Source: Armatimonadota bacterium (GTDB lineage: Bacteria > Armatimonadota > Zipacnadia > UBA1398 > JAKPQA01). Taken from it: a DNA stretch of 64,000 nucleotides. The notes beneath the pieces were generated by a model, which did not search any database, was not told where the DNA came from, and saw only the letters and a list, made by a program, of their open reading frames with translations. Positions 42,531 through 55,685 of this stretch are shown piece by piece; within the stretch, counting starts at the first letter, position 1; every line of letters starts with the position of its first letter. Position numbers and translations under genes: made by a program. The DNA lies in the NCBI GenBank assembly GCA_029547025.1, contig JAKPQA010000319.1, forward strand, positions 1,263 to 65,262. The letters run 5' to 3'.

Positions 42531-44543
42531 ATGACGGAGCAGGAGCAGTCCGGAGTCAGACCCGCCGAGGTCGAAGCGCACCCGTCCGCGCGCGTCGTGG
42601 GTGGGGTCACGCCTCGATCCGTCGTCATCAGCCTGGTCGTGGTGTTCCTGTGCGTGTTCTGGATCCGCCAGGCCGAACTGCTCTCGTTCACGTGCCAGAT
42701 TACCGAGTCCGTGCCTCCGATCCCGGCACTGGCAACGCTGCTCCTCTACGCGGCTATCGCACCGCTGCTTCGGCGTGTGGCGCCCCGGTGGATGCTCACG
42801 CGAGCCGAATTGGGCGTCGTTTTCGTGTTCGTCGGCATCGGCACCGTGATGTCGGCGGTCGGGGTGACCCAGGCGTTCCTGCCCTATCAGACGGTGCCGT
42901 TCTACTTTCAGGGCAGCGACAACAACTTCGACCAGATGTGCCAGCACCTGCCCTCATGGACCGGGCCGCGGGATCCTGAGGTCATCCGTACGTTCTTCGA
43001 AGGAGTGGACGTGGGCGGTACGCCGTGGCGGGCGTGGAGTGGCCCCCTGGCCTGGTGGCTGTTGTTCTTCGTCGCCTTCTGGGTTACGGCCACGTGCATT
43101 TTCGTGCTGTTCCGTGCCCAGTGGTCGGAGCGCGAGCGGCTGACGTATCCGCTGGTGTCGATTCCCGTCCGTTTGATCGAGGAGCGCCCAGCGGCCGGCG
43201 AGGTGCCGCTGCTGCGGAACCGCATGATGTGGCTCGGATTCGGCGTGGTACTCGTGTTCCACGTGATGAACGTGCTACACGTCGTGAATCCCTCGGTGGC
43301 CGCGCCGGGGCCGACCTACGCGCTCGGGCAGTTTTTCACCGAACGGCCGCTTGACGCGCTTTCGGGGATCAGCATCTGGCACCGACCTGAGCTGGTGGGC
43401 CTCGGGTACCTGGTACCGCTAGACATCCTGTTCTCGGTGTGGTTCTTCTTCGTCCTCGAACAGGTGGCGGCCGTCTTGGGGCGGGCGGGAGGTTTTGACA
43501 CCGCCGGGTACCCGTTCGAGATCACCCAGGGCATGGGTGCCTACATTGCCATGTCGTTCTTCCTGGTGTTCATGGCGCGGCGGCATCTGGCCGATGTGAT
43601 CCGGCGGGCGTGGTCGGGCACGCGTGGGGCCGATGACCGCACGGAGGCCCTGCCGTACCGTACCGCCGTGGCTGGCGCTGCCATCGGGTTCGCGGTGGTA
43701 GTAGGGTTTGCCGTTCGGGCTGGCGTGGCGCCGTGGGTGGCCTTGCTGTTTTTTGGACTCCTCTTCGCCTTCCAGCTCACCTACTGCCGGATCCGGTGCG
43801 AGTCGGGCACACCGGCGATCTGGGTGCTCCCACACACCGAGTTGCGGCTGTTCCCGTTCCAGATGCTGGGGTCGGACGCATTCAAGGTGGGTGGGAGTTT
43901 CCGCACCCTGAGCTCGCTGACGAGCTTTTACTTCCTGGTGCATGGCGGGTTCTTCAACCAGAGCACCGTCTATCAGATGGAGAGCTTCCGTCTGGCGGAT
44001 GAGCTGGGGATCCGCAAGCGGCAGATGGTCGGCGTCGGCGTGGTTGCCGTGGCCATCGGGCTCGTGCTGGCCTTCTGGATGTTCCTGTGGACCTACTACA
44101 GCTACGGCACCAATGTCCTGGCCGGGGGCAGCACTTCGGGTACTGGAGGCGTGAGAATCGCCTATTGCCTCCAGTCTTGGCAACAGACCTCGGGGCAGAT
44201 CACGTTGGCGACCACGCCCGAGCGTCCGCGGCACGTGGCGGCATTGATGGGCTTCTCCGTCACGGTGGGCCTGCTCTTGGCCCGTGCCGTGATGCTGCGG
44301 AGCTGGCTGAGTCCGCTCGGCTACATCATGGCGACCATCAACGGCATGCAGCTGTGGTGGTCGTTCTTGCTGGCGTGGATCGCCAAGGCGGCCATCCTCC
44401 GGCTGGGTGGAGTGACCCTGTACCGGCGGATGGTGCCCCTGTTCCTTGGCCTGGCGCTGGGGCAGTTCTTCATCGGGGGCGTGGTATGGGGGACGCTGGC
44501 GATCTTCTTCCGCGACATCTCGTATGTGATCTGGTTCACGTGA
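42531..44543 (+). CDS. Polytopic integral membrane protein of unknown function (~670 aa, at least 12 TM)
   Basis: Hydrophobic segments are spaced throughout (SLVVVFLCVFWI, LLLYAAIAPLL, VVFVFVGIGTVMSAV, WLLFFVAFWVTATCIFVLF, and others). The ATG at 42531 begins MTEQEQ. I recognise no family. Confidence 0.5.
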   Translation: MTEQEQSGVRPAEVEAHPSARVVGGVTPRSVVISLVVVFLCVFWIRQAELLSFTCQITESVPPIPALATLLLYAAIAPLLRRVAPRWMLTRAELGVVFVFVGIGTVMSAVGVTQAFLPYQTVPFYFQGSDNNFDQMCQHLPSWTGPRDPEVIRTFFEGVDVGGTPWRAWSGPLAWWLLFFVAFWVTATCIFVLFRAQWSERERLTYPLVSIPVRLIEERPAAGEVPLLRNRMMWLGFGVVLVFHVMNVLHVVNPSVAAPGPTYALGQFFTERPLDALSGISIWHRPELVGLGYLVPLDILFSVWFFFVLEQVAAVLGRAGGFDTAGYPFEITQGMGAYIAMSFFLVFMARRHLADVIRRAWSGTRGADDRTEALPYRTAVAGAAIGFAVVVGFAVRAGVAPWVALLFFGLLFAFQLTYCRIRCESGTPAIWVLPHTELRLFPFQMLGSDAFKVGGSFRTLSSLTSFYFLVHGGFFNQSTVYQMESFRLADELGIRKRQMVGVGVVAVAIGLVLAFWMFLWTYYSYGTNVLAGGSTSGTGGVRIAYCLQSWQQTSGQITLATTPERPRHVAALMGFSVTVGLLLARAVMLRSWLSPLGYIMATINGMQLWWSFLLAWIAKAAILRLGGVTLYRRMVPLFLGLALGQFFIGGVVWGTLAIFFRDISYVIWFT

Positions 44544-44733
44544 GTGCCCGGCGTCCCGACAACGGCAGCGCCAGTGGCCAACGGCGGAACCCGGGCCGAA
44601 ACGCCCCGCGCCGAACGGATTCACGGCTACTTTGAACCGGCCCTGGCCGGCCCGCGTTGCTCACCTGGCAGCCAGGGCCGGGGGCGATCCGTCGGGTATC
44701 CCGACAGGTCGCCCTCTCTTTTTCCGCTGTGGG

Positions 44734-48060
<3,327 letters not shown>

Positions 48061-48166
48061 GGGATGTCCTCCGTTGGTGCTGCTGCGCGGATGGGTTGAG
48101 CCTGCCACCGGTCGGGCCGGATGGCGGCCTTCGTGCTCCGCGGGCCCCCTATCTGGCCCGTGCTCT

Positions 48167-49366
48167 TCAGCCCGCGCCTCGCTCGAGCATGGCCTCGATG
48201 AAGTTTACAAACAGATAGTCGGCGTCGTGCGGTCCGGGAGATGCCTCGGGGTGGTACTGGACCGAGAACACGGGGAGCACCTCATGGCGCATTCCCTCAT
48301 TGGTGTCGTCATTGAGGTTGACGTGGGTCATGATCATGCCCTCGTCGTGCAGGCTGCCCATATCGACGGCGAACCCGTGGTTCTGCGAGGTGATCTCGAC
48401 CGTCAGCGTCTGCAGGTTCTTCACCGGGTGATTCGCGCCGCGGTGGCCGAACTTGAGCTTGTAGGTTCGCCCGCCGAAGGCCAGGCCCAGGATCTGGTGG
48501 CCGAGACAGATGCCGAAGATGGGCAACCGGTTCCTCAGCCGCCGTGCGGTCTCGATGACGTACGGCACGGCTTCCGGGTCGCCGGGACCGTTCGAGAGCA
48601 GCAGCCCATGAGGCTCCATGCGCAAGATGGCATCGGCGTCCGTATCGGCTGGCACCACCGTCACGTCGCAGCCGTAAGCGGCCGCCCGGCGGACGATGTT
48701 GAGCTTGATGCCGCAGTCGATGGCCACCACCCTCAGTGGCGTGGGAGAGATGGCCCGCGGCTGGAGGAGCAGCGTATCGCCGTCCGCGGGGGCCAGTGGC
48801 GACCGGCCCGGCAACCTCATCCGGAGCTGGCCCTGGCCGTTTTGGCCATTGATGGGCCAGGTGTAGGCCTGGTCGCAGGTCACCTCCTTCACCAGGTCGA
48901 CGCCCACCAGGCCCGGTGACAGTTGCGCGAACTTCACGAGCTGTTCAACCTCGTCGATCTGCGTCGTGATGATGCCCTTCTTGGCCCCATAGGTCCGCAG
49001 GTGCTTGGTCAGCATCCGTGTATCGATGCCCTCGATACCGATGATGCCCTGTTCAGCCAAGTAGTCCGGCAGCGACTGCCCGCTGCGCCAGTTGGAGGGG
49101 ATCTGGCTGCACTCCTTGACGACGAAGCCCTCGACGAACGAGCGGCGGGACTCCACATCCTCCGTGTTCACGCCGTAGTTCCCGATCAGCGGATAGGTCA
49201 TGGTGACGATCTGGCCCTTGTAGGAGGGATCGGTCAGGATCTCCTGGTAGCCGCTCATGCTCGTGTTGAAGACGACCTCGCCCGTCTTGGTGCCCTGGGC
49301 CCCGAAACTGCGGCCCTCGAAGACGAGCCCATCCTCCAGAGCCAGGTAAGCCTTCACCGTCGCCAC
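48167..49366 (-). CDS. carA: Carbamoyl-phosphate synthase small (glutaminase) subunit
   Basis: [49 protein letters not shown] is followed by the GATase catalytic region ICLGHQ. The start is a GTG. Confidence 0.95.
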   Translation of the reverse strand: MATVKAYLALEDGLVFEGRSFGAQGTKTGEVVFNTSMSGYQEILTDPSYKGQIVTMTYPLIGNYGVNTEDVESRRSFVEGFVVKECSQIPSNWRSGQSLPDYLAEQGIIGIEGIDTRMLTKHLRTYGAKKGIITTQIDEVEQLVKFAQLSPGLVGVDLVKEVTCDQAYTWPINGQNGQGQLRMRLPGRSPLAPADGDTLLLQPRAISPTPLRVVAIDCGIKLNIVRRAAAYGCDVTVVPADTDADAILRMEPHGLLLSNGPGDPEAVPYVIETARRLRNRLPIFGICLGHQILGLAFGGRTYKLKFGHRGANHPVKNLQTLTVEITSQNHGFAVDMGSLHDEGMIMTHVNLNDDTNEGMRHEVLPVFSVQYHPEASPGPHDADYLFVNFIEAMLERGAG

Positions 49367-49369
49367 TCC

Positions 49370-50692
49370 CTAGTGCGGCGACACAGAAGTCGCCGAGAAC
49401 AACGCGTGTTCGAGCACCGTTACCCAGGGCCGCAGGGTCACCGGGTACCCGATGAAGGGCGTGTTGCGGCCCTTGCCGAGGAACCAGTCCTCGTCGATGG
49501 TCCACTCGCCAGGCCGGAAGACTGCCAGGCGCGCGGGCGCCCCGGCCTCCAGCGACGGGACGGTGGCGCCCACCAGAGCGGCCGGAGCGCCGGCCAGCCG
49601 CCGTAGGAACTCGTCGAGCCCGAGATCGTGCCGCTCGCAGAGCGCCGTGTAGGCCAGCGCGGCCATGGTTTCGAGGCCCACGATGCCGGCTGGCGCCGCC
49701 TCGAGGCCCCGGGCCTTCTCGTCCGCCGTGTGCGGCGCGTGGTCAGAGGCGATGATGTCGATGGTGCCGTCGAGCAAGCCCTGGGTCACGGCCCGCACGT
49801 CCCGCGGGCGCCTCAACGGCGGGCTCATCTTGGCCAGACTCCCCTGTTCGAGCAGCGCCTCGCCGGTGAGTGTGAAGTGGTGTGGGCAGGCCTCGGCTGT
49901 GACGCGGATGCCGTCGGCCTTGGCTTGGCGCAGCAGATCGACAGACTCGGCCACGCTGATGTGCAGGATGTGCAGCCGTGCGCCCGTATCATCGGCCAGC
50001 TCGATGTTCCGCTCCACGGCAACGACCTCGGCTCGGCAGCTCGTTGTCAGGCGCTCCTCAGTTCCTGTGGCCGTGTCGAGCACGCCCGCGGACGCCGAGA
50101 GTGCCTCGTCCTCACAGTGGGCGAAAAAGGGCAACCCGACCTCGGCGCAGCCAGCCAGTGCCTCGCGCGCGAGTTCACGATCCTGCAGCGAGAAGCCGTC
50201 ATCGCTCAGTGCCACGCATCCGGCGCGAGCCAGGGCCGCCAGATCCGACAGCTCGGCGGCCCCGCGGCATGGCAGCACCGAGCCGGCCACCATGACGTGG
50301 ACGCCGCGTCCGAGCTGGGCGGCGCGCTCGAGGACGAACTCGACATCGTCCGGCCTCGCCAGAAGCGGGTCGGTGTTCGGCATGCACACCAGGGCGCCCA
50401 CACCGCCGGCCTGAGCAGCCCGGCAGCCCGTCTCGACCGTCTCCTTGTGCGTCTGGCCCGGCTCGCGCAGGTGAACGTGTATGTCGACGAGGGCGGGGAC
50501 GATCAGGCATCGGCGGCAGTCCACACTGGCCGACTCGAGTGCCTCGATCTCCTCGTCCATAGCGGCGATGTGGCCATCCTCGATGAGGATGTCGGCCGGC
50601 TCCGGCTCGCCGTCGGCGCCCACGACGCGACCGCCCCACAGCAGCAGGCGTCCCGGAGTGCCGGTAGAACGCGGCGGAGTCGCGTCAGACAT
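49370..50692 (-). CDS. pyrC: Dihydroorotase
   Basis: [43 protein letters not shown] is a metal-dependent amidohydrolase with the HxH motif. The stop lies 3 nt from the carA start. The internal Met MSDATPP is chosen as the start. Confidence 0.85.
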   Translation of the reverse strand: MSDATPPRSTGTPGRLLLWGGRVVGADGEPEPADILIEDGHIAAMDEEIEALESASVDCRRCLIVPALVDIHVHLREPGQTHKETVETGCRAAQAGGVGALVCMPNTDPLLARPDDVEFVLERAAQLGRGVHVMVAGSVLPCRGAAELSDLAALARAGCVALSDDGFSLQDRELAREALAGCAEVGLPFFAHCEDEALSASAGVLDTATGTEERLTTSCRAEVVAVERNIELADDTGARLHILHISVAESVDLLRQAKADGIRVTAEACPHHFTLTGEALLEQGSLAKMSPPLRRPRDVRAVTQGLLDGTIDIIASDHAPHTADEKARGLEAAPAGIVGLETMAALAYTALCERHDLGLDEFLRRLAGAPAALVGATVPSLEAGAPARLAVFRPGEWTIDEDWFLGKGRNTPFIGYPVTLRPWVTVLEHALFSATSVSPH

Positions 50693-51290
50693 GGTGACCC
50701 ATCGCCCCTCGGCTAGCAGCGGCCGCCCGGCCCCGGTGGATGAACACGGCATCTCCGTCCGGGCCTAGCAACACATGCACGTGTTCATCCCGGCTGGTCG
50801 GCACGTTCCTCCCGACGAAGTCGGGACGGATGGGTAGCTCGCGGTGGCCGCGGTCGATGAGCACGGCCAGTTGGATGGCTCGGGGCCGGCCGAGATCCAT
50901 CAGCGCATCCATGGCCGCACGCGCCGTGCGCCCGGTGTAGAGAACCTCGTCGACGAGGATGATCACCCGGTCGGTGATTTCGAAGGGGATGTCGGTGCGC
51001 GTCGGAGTCGTCCCGGCGCCACGTTCGACATCGTCGCGGTGAGCGGTGGCATCGAGCCGCCCCGCGGGCACGGGGCGGCCATCGAACCGGTGGATGAGCT
51101 GGCCGAGTCGCTCGGCGATGGGCACTCCGCCGCTGAGGATGCCCACGAGGGCCAGATCCTGGCTGCCCCGGTTGGCCTCGAGGATCTCATGGGCCATGCG
51201 GGTCAGCGCCCGGCGAACGTCATCGGCATCGAGGATGGTCACCGTGTCCTGCTCGGCCACGGCTACCGCCCCGCCAATGCCCAGGCACAC
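50685..51290 (-). CDS. pyrR: Bifunctional pyr-operon regulator / uracil phosphoribosyltransferase
   Basis: [45 protein letters not shown] is followed by the PRPP-binding [16 protein letters not shown]. The gene overlaps the pyrC start by 8 nt. The true start may be the GTG ~10 codons in. Confidence 0.85.
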   Translation of the reverse strand: MCLGIGGAVAVAEQDTVTILDADDVRRALTRMAHEILEANRGSQDLALVGILSGGVPIAERLGQLIHRFDGRPVPAGRLDATAHRDDVERGAGTTPTRTDIPFEITDRVIILVDEVLYTGRTARAAMDALMDLGRPRAIQLAVLIDRGHRELPIRPDFVGRNVPTSRDEHVHVLLGPDGDAVFIHRGRAAAASRGAMGHHV

Positions 51291-51349
51291 GAAAGCCCTT
51301 GGCTCACACTCACCACACCAAGGGCCCAGACATCATGTGACACACCGCA

Positions 51350-51390
51350 CCACCCTTTTCGGCCTCACCGGACCGAGTTAAAAGGCGGAC
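51350..51390 (-). promoter_or_regulatory. PyrR-binding RNA hairpin (binding-loop element) in the pyr operon leader
   Basis: The minus-strand RNA reads gcCUUUUaacucggUCCGGUGAGGCCgAAAAGGgug. A 6-bp stem CCUUUU/AAAAGG encloses UCCGGUGAGGCC, which fits the PyrR binding-loop consensus UCC(A/G)G(A/G)GAGGCU. It lies ~60-100 nt upstream of the pyrR start. Coordinates are approximate. Confidence 0.55.
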
Positions 51391-51467
51391 TCAAGACCAG
51401 CCCCACTCGCTTCAGGTAGGATAGCTGGAGGCGGCCTGGATGTCAATGGCGGTATGAGCGAGACTCC

Positions 51468-52934
51468 CTAGGACAGCGACGGATCGGCCGTGACGGCCAT
51501 GCGGCCACGGAGGCGCTGAAGGGCCTTGACCTCGATCTGACGGACACGCTCGCGCGAGAGGCCAAGAAGGGCTCCCACCTCGGCGAGGGTCCGCTCGACC
51601 TGGTCGAACAGCCCGAACCGCAGGAGTATGACCTGGCGTTGCTGGGCCGGCAACGAATCCACTGCGGCGCGTAGCGCGTGGACTCCCAGTGCCGTTACCG
51701 CGGCTTGATCCGGGCCAGAGGCGCCGGGATCGGGCAGGAACTCGGCCAAGGAGACCTCGTTCTCGTCGCCGATGGGCCGATCCAGGGAAACCGGGGGCGA
51801 TTGGGCGAAACGCAGGCGGCCCAGAGAGGATTCAGAGGCGCCGATCTCACGCGCCACCTCAGCCAGAGACGGGGTGCGGCCATATTGGTGAGTGAGCGCC
51901 TCTTCGGTGCGCGATGCGCGCTCCAGCAACTCACCCACGTGATCGGGCACGCGGACGCACGGGGAGAGGAGCCCCAGCGCGCGCTGCATTGACTGCTGGA
52001 TCCACCAGACGCTGAACGTGCTGAACCGATTGCCGCGCTCGGGGTCGAAGCGCTCGATGGCTCGGATCAGGCCCAGGGTGCCGGCTTGGACCAGGTCGTC
52101 AAAAGGATAGCCGTGACGAGAGTAGTGACCGGCGGCCTGATGCACGAGTCCCATGTTGGCCTCGACCAACAGGCGGAATGCCTCCACGTCGCGAAGGCCA
52201 ATGGAGCGGTCGGAGACCGTGGTCGCATCGAGCGGCTGGTCGAACTTCAGAGAGACCTCGATGTCTGTGGGCACATCCACAGCGCCCAAGACGGGCGAGC
52301 TCTCAATGAGCCGTGGCCCCATTCGATGCGGGAGTTGCCCGCCCAGAGCCGCCGGGCCGTCGGTCCCGCAGGGCAGCGGCGCGTTGGGGCGGCGCGGCGC
52401 GTTGCCAGCGGTCCGGAACTCGAGTATGAAAGGCTCGACGGGGAGCCCCTCGGCGCCTGGCCCGGAGGGAATCCCGGTCAGATCGGCCCGCCAGACGGCG
52501 TACAGCGTGTCGGCACGCAACGGGGCGGACGGGATCAGGTGGATCGTACAGGTGTCGGGGTCGTACCGGACGCTGCAGGCGCCACGACGGATCCGTCGGG
52601 ACAGCCTCACCTCATCGGCAGCCAGCAGACCCTTGCCGCGCCGCGCACGCAACTCCAGACGCCTGGGGGACGACCGGTGACCGCAACCTGCTGCTCGGTG
52701 AGCTGCGGGAACCGGCGTTATGGACGCCCCCAGCGTTTTGACGGACTCAGCCACCACCGTACGGGATGCGTGTTGCCTCGGCACCGCATCCACCTCCCAC
52801 CCCATGACCGCCAATCCACAGCCCCGTGCTTTCCCGCGCCGGCCCCAGGTCACGCCCGCCTCTGCGCTCCGAAGCCCCTGCTCTGGCTCCGGCCTCGGCA
52901 GGCGAGGCCATCCCATACCACTAGGCTTCCACAA
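51468..52934 (-). CDS. Sigma-70 family RNA polymerase sigma factor (regions 2-4) with a ~200-240 aa N-terminal extension of uncertain reality
   Basis: The C-terminal 250 aa has region 2 FDDLVQAGTLGLIRAIERFDPERGNRFSTFSVWWIQQSMQRAL and a region 4 HTH RTLAEVGALLGLSRERVRQIEVKALQRL. An alternative start at the internal MGPRLIESS (52322) would give a 284-aa group-3-like sigma. Confidence 0.65.
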   Translation of the reverse strand: MWKPSGMGWPRLPRPEPEQGLRSAEAGVTWGRRGKARGCGLAVMGWEVDAVPRQHASRTVVAESVKTLGASITPVPAAHRAAGCGHRSSPRRLELRARRGKGLLAADEVRLSRRIRRGACSVRYDPDTCTIHLIPSAPLRADTLYAVWRADLTGIPSGPGAEGLPVEPFILEFRTAGNAPRRPNAPLPCGTDGPAALGGQLPHRMGPRLIESSPVLGAVDVPTDIEVSLKFDQPLDATTVSDRSIGLRDVEAFRLLVEANMGLVHQAAGHYSRHGYPFDDLVQAGTLGLIRAIERFDPERGNRFSTFSVWWIQQSMQRALGLLSPCVRVPDHVGELLERASRTEEALTHQYGRTPSLAEVAREIGASESSLGRLRFAQSPPVSLDRPIGDENEVSLAEFLPDPGASGPDQAAVTALGVHALRAAVDSLPAQQRQVILLRFGLFDQVERTLAEVGALLGLSRERVRQIEVKALQRLRGRMAVTADPSLS

Positions 52935-53083
52935 ACGGCGGTGATTCCAAGCAGGCCAAGACCGAACGGCTGTCGTTCTTCGCTATCAATAGGACCCCAG
53001 GGGGGGCCGGGAGTTCCCTGAAGGTTCGCATTCCCGCGCGTCGTCGTTACGGCCCGGGGCCACCAGTCTCCGCTCCCTTCGCG

Positions 53084-54415
53084 TCAGCCCCGGCATTCGG
53101 GATCACCCGGGCGCTCGGGTGCTCCAAGGAGATCATCGGCATGCTCCGCCACCTTGCGGAAAGCCAGGGCATACTCGGCGATCACGCTGGGCCGGAAGTG
53201 CTTGAACCATGGGACGGCATAGGTGCGCTCGGGTATCGACTCGGTGACCGGGAGGCTACCCGACGGCTGGCGCACGTCGCGCCCCGCATGGGCAATCCGG
53301 GTGGGCTTACCGTGGCCGTAGATATCCGCATCATTGAGTAATGGATGAAGATGGAGCAGCAGGTTGGCACCAGGATGGGTGGGCGCGCCCTCGGCCTGCA
53401 CGGCCTCGCAGAAGCGCCCCACGGGCAGCCCTCCGAGCTCCTCGGGCACGTACATTCCGTGAGGGGCATACCAGCCGCCATTGTGCGAGCCACTCCCCTT
53501 GGGTGGCCGGTGGGCGCGGACGCCGGGTACACCCTCCAGCAGGTCCCAGAAGTGGTCCATTGACCGGCGGATCTCTTCCATGCGCGAGCGGTAGTGGCGG
53601 AGCTGGACCCGTCCGACGGCGGATGATAGCTGGTGCATGCGGTACTTGTGTGCACCCCACGGAAGGCCCGTGTATGGAGCGAGTGAAGGATCTCGAAGCA
53701 CCTCGGCCGTCCGCTCGTAGTGTCCCCAGGCGACGGCACGCTCGTACATGAGCCGGTCGCGGGTCAGCAGGAAGCCTCCTTCGCCCACAGGCAGGGCCTT
53801 GCCCGACATGGTGGACATGGCGTTGCAGTGACCGATGGTTCCGAGCAGCCGACCATGGTATTCGCCGCCGTGGGCATGGGACACGTCCTCGATGACCTTG
53901 ACACCGTGTCGTTCGGCAATGCTCATGATGGGATCCATGTCGCAGGGATGCCCGCAGTAGTGCACCGCGACGATGGCGCGGGTGCGGTCGGTGATGCGAT
54001 GCTCGATGTCGTTGGGGTCGAGGCACATGCTGTGGGCCTGGACTTCGGCGAACACGACGGTGGCTCCCAGGCAGAACGCGGGTAGTGCGGAGGCCCAGTA
54101 GGTCAGGCTCGGACAGATGATTTCGTCGCCGGCACGGACGCCGGAGGCCCACATGGCTGCCTCGAGCGCGGCGGTGCCGCTCGAGTGAGCCAGGGCGTAC
54201 TCGATGCCGTGCCACGCGGCGAACTCCCGCTCGAACTCGCGGGTCACGTCGGTGTCAGACATGGCACCACGACGGAGCACCTCGAGACACGCATCCTCGT
54301 CCTCTTGGGTGATGATGGGCCAGGCGAAGAGGTCGCCTGGGTCCGACTGGACGGCTTTGGATCCGCCGAGTAGGGCCAGGGAGCTCTGGAGCATGGGTAC
54401 CGCCTCCAGGAACAT
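53084..54415 (-). CDS. DegT/DnrJ/EryC1/StrS-family PLP-dependent (NDP-sugar) aminotransferase
   Basis: FEREFAAWHGIEYALAHSSGTAALEAAMWASGVRAGDEIICPSLTYWAS...AVHYCGHPCDMDPIMSIAERHGVKVIEDVSHAHG is present. The PLP-binding Lys region is CNAMSTMSGKALPVGEGG. Confidence 0.8.
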   Translation of the reverse strand: MFLEAVPMLQSSLALLGGSKAVQSDPGDLFAWPIITQEDEDACLEVLRRGAMSDTDVTREFEREFAAWHGIEYALAHSSGTAALEAAMWASGVRAGDEIICPSLTYWASALPAFCLGATVVFAEVQAHSMCLDPNDIEHRITDRTRAIVAVHYCGHPCDMDPIMSIAERHGVKVIEDVSHAHGGEYHGRLLGTIGHCNAMSTMSGKALPVGEGGFLLTRDRLMYERAVAWGHYERTAEVLRDPSLAPYTGLPWGAHKYRMHQLSSAVGRVQLRHYRSRMEEIRRSMDHFWDLLEGVPGVRAHRPPKGSGSHNGGWYAPHGMYVPEELGGLPVGRFCEAVQAEGAPTHPGANLLLHLHPLLNDADIYGHGKPTRIAHAGRDVRQPSGSLPVTESIPERTYAVPWFKHFRPSVIAEYALAFRKVAEHADDLLGAPERPGDPECRG

Positions 54416-54678
54416 GGGAGCGCTTGCGCCGCATGCCGCGGCAGTGCGGCGTTTCGCCGTCGGCCTTCCGGGGCCTGCGCGGCGCGGAGCCTCGCCGTAC
54501 GCGCTCGGCCAGTGCAGACGTCCGGGGTCCCGACGTTGCCGGCTGCCTTCGCGCCGACGGCGGCCTCGTGCTAGACTAGGGGCGCGACAACGCGCCAGCA
54601 CCGATGCTGCCGGAGGCCCCCACGGATCGACGTCACGGCGTCTGGGGTCTCTGTGTCTACCCGAAAGGACCCAACACC

Positions 54679-55674
54679 ATGGCGAAGCTGTATTACGACG
54701 ACGACGCTTCTCTGGATGCGCTCAAGGACAAGACCATCGCGATCATCGGCTACGGTATCCAGGGGCGGGGCCAGGGCCTGAACCTGCGCGATTCCGGCTG
54801 CAAGGTCGTCGTGGCCGACATCCCCGGTAGCCCGGCCTGGGAGAACGCCAAGGCCGATGGGCAGACGCTTCTCTCAACCGAGGAAGCCGCTGAAGCGGGC
54901 GACATCGTGCAGATCCTGACCGAGGATCATGTTCAGGCTCGCGTGTACGAGACCCAGGTCAAGGCCCATCTCAAGGACGGCAACGCGCTGTTCTTCAGCC
55001 ACGGGTTCAACATCCACTACAACCAGATCGTCCCCCCCAAGACCATTGACGTGCTGATGGTGGCGCCCAAGGGCCCTGGTAGCCTGGTCCGGCAGCAGTT
55101 TGAGAAGGGCGGCGGCGTCCCGTGCCTTCTGGCCATCCATCAGGACTACACCGGCAAGGCCAAGGAGATCGGCCTGGCCTACGCCAAGGCCATCGGCGGA
55201 ACGCGAGGCGGTGTGTTTGAGACCACGTTCCGCGAGGAGACTGAGACCGACCTGTTCGGTGAACAGGCCGTGCTGTGCGGTGGACTGTCCGCTCTGATCA
55301 AGGCGGGGTTCGACACCCTGGTCGAGGCCGGCTATCAGCCCGAGATGGCCTACTTTGAGTGCTGCCATGAACTCAAGCTGATCATGGACATGGTGTTCAA
55401 GTATGGGATTTCGGGCATGCGCAAGCGCGTGTCCAACACGGCGGCGTATGGCGACATGAGTCGCGGCCCCAGGGTGATTGATGATTACGTCCGCGAGGTC
55501 ATGCGCGAGATGCTGCGCGAGGTCCAGACGGGTCAGTTCGCCAAGGAGTGGATCCTCGAATGCATGGCTGGCCGCCCGGTCTTCAAGCGGGTGTGGGAGC
55601 AGGATAGCGAGCATCCCATCGAGAGCATCGGGGCGGAGCTACGGTCGCACATGCCGTGGCTTGAGGACATGTAG
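54679..55674 (+). CDS. ilvC: Ketol-acid reductoisomerase
   Basis: [46 protein letters not shown] is the class I KARI N-terminus. The gene is 331 aa. Confidence 0.95.
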   Translation: MAKLYYDDDASLDALKDKTIAIIGYGIQGRGQGLNLRDSGCKVVVADIPGSPAWENAKADGQTLLSTEEAAEAGDIVQILTEDHVQARVYETQVKAHLKDGNALFFSHGFNIHYNQIVPPKTIDVLMVAPKGPGSLVRQQFEKGGGVPCLLAIHQDYTGKAKEIGLAYAKAIGGTRGGVFETTFREETETDLFGEQAVLCGGLSALIKAGFDTLVEAGYQPEMAYFECCHELKLIMDMVFKYGISGMRKRVSNTAAYGDMSRGPRVIDDYVREVMREMLREVQTGQFAKEWILECMAGRPVFKRVWEQDSEHPIESIGAELRSHMPWLEDM

Positions 55675-55685
55675 GATGTGACAGC

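Noticed and set aside
44544-44733. Possible bidirectional terminator between the membrane-protein gene and carB (ccggccctggccgg palindrome)
   Set aside because: The stem is only ~6 bp with no U-tract. This is too weak to call from sequence alone.
49628-50716. Plus-strand ORFs opposite pyrC (49628-50716, 49665-50414)
   Set aside because: They are antisense to a clear dihydroorotase frame that overlaps pyrR and abuts carA in operon fashion.
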